Positions 15,228-20,000 of a stretch of DNA of 20,000 nt are shown piece by piece. Numbering within the stretch: the first letter of the stretch is position 1; each line of letters begins with the position of its first letter. The stretch comes from an uncultured virus (IMG/VR IMGVR_UViG_3300047157_000165) (taxonomy: Duplodnaviria; Heunggongvirae; Uroviricota; Caudoviricetes), in the IMG/VR virus record IMGVR_UViG_3300047157_000165; one strand, given 5' to 3'. The notes beneath the pieces were generated by a model. That model was given only the letters and a program-made list of their open reading frames with translations. It made no database searches and had not been told where the DNA came from. Both the position numbers and the translations under genes were made by a program.

Positions 15228-18200
15228 TTAAGAATATTGCGTTGTTGTTATATTATTTCTTTTTATAAGCACCCTGTGAACAGGCTCCATTACAGCGCCT
15301 ATTTGTTCATACCCCACTACTAATTCATAGTCTGTTGTTACCGCACTACCCGTTATGTAACTTGTCACTGTTACTATAAAGTTACTATTACTAGCACCTA
15401 CATAACCAGAATCAGTTGGGTCTGTGTTTTGGTGAGGAGCAGGTCTTATCCAAAAGGCTTCAGTGGAATCATTCCATGTATAATTTGATACATCTAATAT
15501 TACTGTTCCATCTACACTTACTGTTGCGAATTTGTGAGATGCAGGGACAGGACTGTTAGTTGTTTCATCATAAGCATTGTGATTTGAAAGAACATCTTCG
15601 TAATCACCTCCGCAAGTTCCGTTAACTTCATAATATCCGTAATTAGTAGGTATAAAATATTCTTCATACTTATCACCCGGATCATAACCATCACCTTGTC
15701 CACCTTGACCATAACATCTAGCATAGTAATTAAAGCCAGTACCTGTTTTTTCGGTTACGCTAATAATATCACCAAACTCTAACGAAAGAGGTACTGTTAA
15801 TGTGTCTGTATCTGTAGGCCCAGCAATACCAGTTACTTTTAAAACAAAACTAAGGTTAGATGCGGAAGCACCTATAGCTGTTCCTAATGATATTGCACCT
15901 TGGTCAGATACGCTAACATTAGAATATCCACCAGCGTGGCTATAGATTAATCTATTTGTCCACCTCGTTGAGTTTGAACTACCATTTTTACCAGATATTT
16001 CACCACTGCTATTTACTGTAGCAATAACACCGGTTTCATCAGCTGTATATCCTATTCTATCAGCGTCTGGTATAAAAGCAAGTACTGGAGCTGCATTTGT
16101 TACAAATATGTTTTTAGTGAAATTTTTAGCTCCATTAGATGTTGTTGCTCTAAAAGTTATTGTGTATTCGTTGGAAGGCGAAGGTCTAAATTCTTGGCCA
16201 TTTACAAGTTTTAGTTTTATTACATCTGTACTTCCAATTTGTTCTGCACTAAATTCATTTACATAACTTTGATTTATATTATCTTCTACCCTTACAACAC
16301 TTTGAACACTTATAGTTAAATTATTTGTTCCAGGTGTTAATTGTGAGCCATTAGCATCAAAAACTTTGATAATCATTATATATGAATTACCAGCTGTACT
16401 TTCAACAAACTCATCTAAATCTGCATCATCATTGAGATTTCTTAATACTAAACTAGCGGCACTAGAAGATCCTCCACCAGAAGTTATTTTAGAATTTAAA
16501 TCTGATATTAATCCACATGTAGATGTTTCATAAAATATATCTAGTTTTGATTTAAATGGCTTTGTTTCAAAAACAGCTAAAGAAGGTACATTAGAACTTG
16601 ATCCACCTTGAGTTTGTTGCCCATAATTACCTTTAATTTGTGCAAACAAATATTGTTTGTCTTTATCATAAAACTCTACTCTATCAGCATCTTCAATACC
16701 AAAATCATTAAGTTTACCTATTGATATAATATTATGTGTAGACGTTTGAATACCAGTATCTCCATTCTCTAGTATACCATCTAAAATAACACTACTTGTA
16801 GATAGGTTTATATTACTTCCTTCTGTTACTTCATCTCTAGGTATTTTATTTATATTGTCGCCATATATAGGAAAATAACTCATACTATCTCCATGTGTTG
16901 ATGAATTATAAAAAACAACTCCTGGTGTATATACATTATAATAATCTTGTTCTGTTTGTTTTACTACTATTCTATAAGAATACCAACCTAGAGGGTTAGT
17001 ATCAGCTTGCCATAAAAAAGAACTATCAACACCTTCATTAAATATAACTTTTAAAGAATCTCCATTTAAACTTATTTGCGATCTCTTGTGTTGAATTGAT
17101 GAACTGTGTTGATTAGAAAGCATTACAGGTGATTGTCTTCCATATCTATCTGAAAAAACAACACCAACAACATATGTTCTATCTTGCTTTAATGTGTGTC
17201 TTTTATATTCTTCGTAAAGAAATTCATCTTCTTCATTTTTAGAACCAGTACTTAATTCAAAGTTTAATCCAGAAGGAGGTAATTCTTTACCTGTAACAAA
17301 ATTACCATATACAAGTCTATTACCTGTTATTTCTTGTGCTAATGCTTTTACTGGAACACGATCATAAACTCTGAACGTTTGTGATTCGGGTAACATTTTA
17401 TAAGGCTCTTCTGATCTATATATATAATATAATTCTTTTCTTCTATCATTAGTAGAACCACTAACTGTGTTATTAATATATTTTTTTATTTTACCTCCAG
17501 AAACAGCACCATTTGTTATTGTAGAAGGATCTTTTCTTAACGTAGATATGTTTTTTATATCTATAGTGTCTAAGACCTTTACCGCTAAACTATCTGATTC
17601 TTTAAATAATATTTCTATTTCTTTTATTAATAAGTCACTATAAGGATCTAAAGTAGGTAACATTATTTCTAACTCTAAATAGTTTATAGAATTAACAAAT
17701 GTAGAAACCTCAGTTTCTTTATAAGCGTTTTCTTTTTCTGTATTAGTGAATGTTTGTATTTCTGGTACAAAAGCTATTTGAGTGAAGGGTGCAAAAATAG
17801 AATAAGTATTATCTTCAAACCTATATCTATATGAAAATCTAGCAAACTTTTCTTTTAAAAATTCTTTGTCTATACCTGAATCAGCTGCACTATTATCTAT
17901 CATAGAAGAACCTATAATTGATAACTTTTGACCATTGGCTATTGTTACGCTTTCACTTAAAGTTAAAGTTGTAGAACTTATATTATTTATAATAATATCA
18001 TCATCTAAACTATCATGCCTAACTAAAAATTTTTTACCAGCAGCGTGATCAGCGGCTAAAGAAGAATTAGCTGCTGAAATTGTAACGGTAGCACTATTAT
18101 TAACAGCACCATTTACAGTTAAAATATATTTTGGTTTTAAAAATTTAGGTGCACAATATGGTGCATATTTAGCCACACTTATTTTGTCTTCAAAATATTG

Positions 18201-18692
18201 ATCATCTGAATATAGATTAGGTCTTTCAACATTAAAAACCCTTGGTTGATTTAAATTATCTGTAAAATATAAAAAACCGTCTAAAATATTTACACCGTGT
18301 ATAGCAAAAATTTTATTAAAATTAAATCTATAAGTTTTAAATATTGTAGTTGTTGATGGTGTTGAATCTGGACTATATTTTACAATAGCACACTTTGCAT
18401 CACTTGGAGCTTTTATGTTAGCATTAGCGTTTGAAAAATTAGTTACGAAATAGTATACATTTTTATTTTCAAAATCAACAACATGACCTATAACTTCAGT
18501 AGATGATAAATCAGATTCTATACCACTAACTTTATTATTAGAAAGTATATTTTCTACAACACCTACATCACCACCTTCAGATCTACTAACTTTAATATTT
18601 TTTGCATCAAAATACTCTCCTTCAGGTAATATCCTAGGGTCTAAATCTTTGTTCATTTTACCTTTTATAAAGGTATTTTTAACTTCAGGCAT
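15228..18692 (-). CDS. Tail stabilization/muzzle protein, N-terminal part, with Ig/cadherin-like C-terminal extension
   Basis: Begins MPEVKNTFIKGKMNKDLDPRILPEGEYFDAKNI. Also LYFTDNLNQPR, KFARFSYRYRFEDNTYSIFAPFT, VYDRVPVKALAQEITGNRLVYGNF, YVVGVVFSDRYGRQSPV, VVKQTEQDYYNVYTPG and LDIFYETST, all characteristic of this family. Confidence 0.75.
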   Translation of the reverse strand: MPEVKNTFIKGKMNKDLDPRILPEGEYFDAKNIKVSRSEGGDVGVVENILSNNKVSGIESDLSSTEVIGHVVDFENKNVYYFVTNFSNANANIKAPSDAKCAIVKYSPDSTPSTTTIFKTYRFNFNKIFAIHGVNILDGFLYFTDNLNQPRVFNVERPNLYSDDQYFEDKISVAKYAPYCAPKFLKPKYILTVNGAVNNSATVTISAANSSLAADHAAGKKFLVRHDSLDDDIIINNISSTTLTLSESVTIANGQKLSIIGSSMIDNSAADSGIDKEFLKEKFARFSYRYRFEDNTYSIFAPFTQIAFVPEIQTFTNTEKENAYKETEVSTFVNSINYLELEIMLPTLDPYSDLLIKEIEILFKESDSLAVKVLDTIDIKNISTLRKDPSTITNGAVSGGKIKKYINNTVSGSTNDRRKELYYIYRSEEPYKMLPESQTFRVYDRVPVKALAQEITGNRLVYGNFVTGKELPPSGLNFELSTGSKNEEDEFLYEEYKRHTLKQDRTYVVGVVFSDRYGRQSPVMLSNQHSSSIQHKRSQISLNGDSLKVIFNEGVDSSFLWQADTNPLGWYSYRIVVKQTEQDYYNVYTPGVVFYNSSTHGDSMSYFPIYGDNINKIPRDEVTEGSNINLSTSSVILDGILENGDTGIQTSTHNIISIGKLNDFGIEDADRVEFYDKDKQYLFAQIKGNYGQQTQGGSSSNVPSLAVFETKPFKSKLDIFYETSTCGLISDLNSKITSGGGSSSAASLVLRNLNDDADLDEFVESTAGNSYIMIIKVFDANGSQLTPGTNNLTISVQSVVRVEDNINQSYVNEFSAEQIGSTDVIKLKLVNGQEFRPSPSNEYTITFRATTSNGAKNFTKNIFVTNAAPVLAFIPDADRIGYTADETGVIATVNSSGEISGKNGSSNSTRWTNRLIYSHAGGYSNVSVSDQGAISLGTAIGASASNLSFVLKVTGIAGPTDTDTLTVPLSLEFGDIISVTEKTGTGFNYYARCYGQGGQGDGYDPGDKYEEYFIPTNYGYYEVNGTCGGDYEDVLSNHNAYDETTNSPVPASHKFATVSVDGTVILDVSNYTWNDSTEAFWIRPAPHQNTDPTDSGYVGASNSNFIVTVTSYITGSAVTTDYELVVGYEQIGAVMEPVHRVLIKRNNITTTQYS

Positions 18693-18696
18693 TTAA

Positions 18697-19812
18697 TTAA
18701 TGTTTTATCTGTTTTGATTTACCTCTCATTACCTGAGTTAATTCAGGTATGTTTATTTCATATAATCTTATTTTAGCTTGCCTCATAGATGCTCTTCTAT
18801 CTTTTTTGTATCTATTAACTATATATTCTGGAATGTTTGCCATAGTAGAAAGCATAGAATATGCAACATGTTTGTATATAGCTTCTTCAGCAAATTTATG
18901 TACTTTCATTTCATTGTCATTACCCATGCTATCAGATATGTATTTCAATGTTATTAAAGCGCCACTTAATTCACTGCTAAAGTTTATAGTACCGTTATAT
19001 TGATCTATGATATATATACCGTTTCTATTCATATGTTGTGGATCTCCACCATATCTTTTACCAGCTTCCATTAATCTTTCCGATGGAAAATCACTATTAT
19101 AAAAATAGTCATCATTTCCGTGAGCATGTGTTAGTTGTGAATTATTAAAACCTTTAAATCTTTCATTAGTAAGAGCTGTTGTTTTAATTATATTGCCATT
19201 ACTGTCATAAGTATAATTGAACTCATCATCTTGAGCAATAGCTTCTGTTGGTTTTGAGGTAGTTGAACCTTTTGAAATCATATGTTCTATACCAGAACCA
19301 TCTATCCAAGAAATACTTGTAGCACTAATAAAGTCTTTTGGCATAGGTATAGATAATGTATGACCAACTTCAACTTCTTGTATTTTTTCAACTTTTGTAA
19401 TGTCATAAGCAAATTCCTGTATACCTCTTTTTGTGTGAAACAATACATCTCTTCTGTTTGCTCTATTAATTATTTTTCCTTCACCTACGTATGAGAACAT
19501 AAAATTGTTTACTATATCAGATAAAGATGTGTATCTATATTCTCCATATAGTTTTTCTTTTAATTGTACAGTTACAACATCATTGTTAGATAATGTTATA
19601 TTACTTATTGTTACTCTTTTATTTGAATTAGTAAAAGATATATTCGTTGTAGATACAACATTACCGTTTATATAAACATAAAAATCTCCTACAGCAGTTG
19701 GAGAAGGATCTATAGTTGTTATAGTGAAATATTGTGGATCTCCAGTTTCCCATCTAAAGCTTTGGGAACCAGCGTAGTAAGCTTGATCTGTTTGATTATC
19801 TAAAAAACCCAT
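18697..19812 (-). CDS. Tail ring / tail-tubular (adaptor-like) structural protein
   Basis: Motifs YRYTSLSDIVNNFM..YVGEGKII...R.DVLFH.KRGIQEF.YD, PMPKDF, INFSS, LKYISD, VHKFAEEAIYKH, AKIRL, QVMRGKSKQIKH. It lies immediately upstream of the muzzle gene. Confidence 0.7.
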   Translation of the reverse strand: MGFLDNQTDQAYYAGSQSFRWETGDPQYFTITTIDPSPTAVGDFYVYINGNVVSTTNISFTNSNKRVTISNITLSNNDVVTVQLKEKLYGEYRYTSLSDIVNNFMFSYVGEGKIINRANRRDVLFHTKRGIQEFAYDITKVEKIQEVEVGHTLSIPMPKDFISATSISWIDGSGIEHMISKGSTTSKPTEAIAQDDEFNYTYDSNGNIIKTTALTNERFKGFNNSQLTHAHGNDDYFYNSDFPSERLMEAGKRYGGDPQHMNRNGIYIIDQYNGTINFSSELSGALITLKYISDSMGNDNEMKVHKFAEEAIYKHVAYSMLSTMANIPEYIVNRYKKDRRASMRQAKIRLYEINIPELTQVMRGKSKQIKH

Positions 19813-19815
19813 TTG

Positions 19816-20000
19816 TTATATATTTTCTTTATTAAACTTATTCTGCTCTTGTTGTGATGATGATTGTAATACTAAAGGATCTTTTATTACTACACCAACG
19901 TAAGATAGTATTTTTGTAATTAAACTAGGTTCTTCTGATGGATGTAACTCAAAGTTAGTACTGTTTGCTGAAGAAAAAGTTATAGAATTGTTTGGTCCAG
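19816..20000 (-). CDS. C-terminal end of an upstream structural (ring/neck-type) protein (partial)
   Basis: Not in the ORF track. An open frame from the window edge reads ...GPNNSITFSSANSTNFELHPSEEPSLITKILSYVGVVIKDPLVLQSSSQQEQNKFNKENI*. The TAA at 19816-19818 is 3 nt before the next ATG. The FELHPSEE...KIL.Y.GV.IKD motif resembles ring proteins of such phages. Confidence 0.7.
   Translation of the reverse strand, partial: GPNNSITFSSANSTNFELHPSEEPSLITKILSYVGVVIKDPLVLQSSSQQEQNKFNKENI

Larger units (their letters stand above)
1..20000 (-). other. Bacteriophage late-gene region (short-tailed Caudoviricetes, probable Bacteroidota/Flavobacteriia host)
   Basis: Single-strand gene order ring-muzzle-ejection-holin-endolysin, gaps of a few nt, no Shine-Dalgarno motifs, Bacteroidota-style signal peptides and a T9SS-CTD-like domain. 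No cellular housekeeping genes and no integrase in the window. Confidence 0.88.

Noticed and set aside
274..19003. Remaining short ORFs in the track (e.g. 274..471, 3440..3631, 3697..3927, 4395..4595, 4825..5013, 5101..5295, 6222..6452, 8217..8726, 9753..9944, 11148..11660, 12489..12695, 13547..13759, 15518..15724, 18749..19003)
   Set aside because: All are nested in or antisense to long, well-supported minus-strand genes and show no recognisable motifs.
1..20000. tRNA/rRNA genes, integrase, IS elements, introns/inteins, diversity-generating retroelement repeats
   Set aside because: No intergenic space for RNA genes, and no corresponding motifs or duplicated ~100-nt segments were noticed by eye. 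A self-dotplot would be needed to exclude a subtle repeat.

Overview
AT-rich, wall-to-wall coding window with every credible gene on the minus strand. It looks like the late (virion and lysis) region of a tailed phage with a short, podovirus-type tail that infects Bacteroidota, probably Flavobacteriia. The tail genes resemble those of Crassvirales-related or Cellulophaga-type phages. In transcription order (20000 to 1): a partial ring protein, a ring/tail-tubular protein (371 aa), a muzzle/stabilization protein split over two genes (1154 + 431 aa), three probable ejection proteins (229, 507, 2143 aa), a 54-aa holin-like gene missing from the ORF track, a six-gene cell-envelope cassette, and a partial M15 peptidase endolysin. 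Two things stand out. (1) The cassette sits exactly between the holin and the endolysin. It encodes two paralogous CsgG-like proteins, a cohesin-dockerin-cohesin protein, a stand-alone T9SS-CTD-like lipoprotein, a small membrane protein, and an outer-membrane beta-barrel with a long acidic disordered linker. (2) The 2143-aa ejection protein carries an HExxH metallopeptidase domain followed by an embedded sigma70-like domain, with no DxDxD RNA-polymerase motif. All family calls come from motif recognition by eye; no searches were run.
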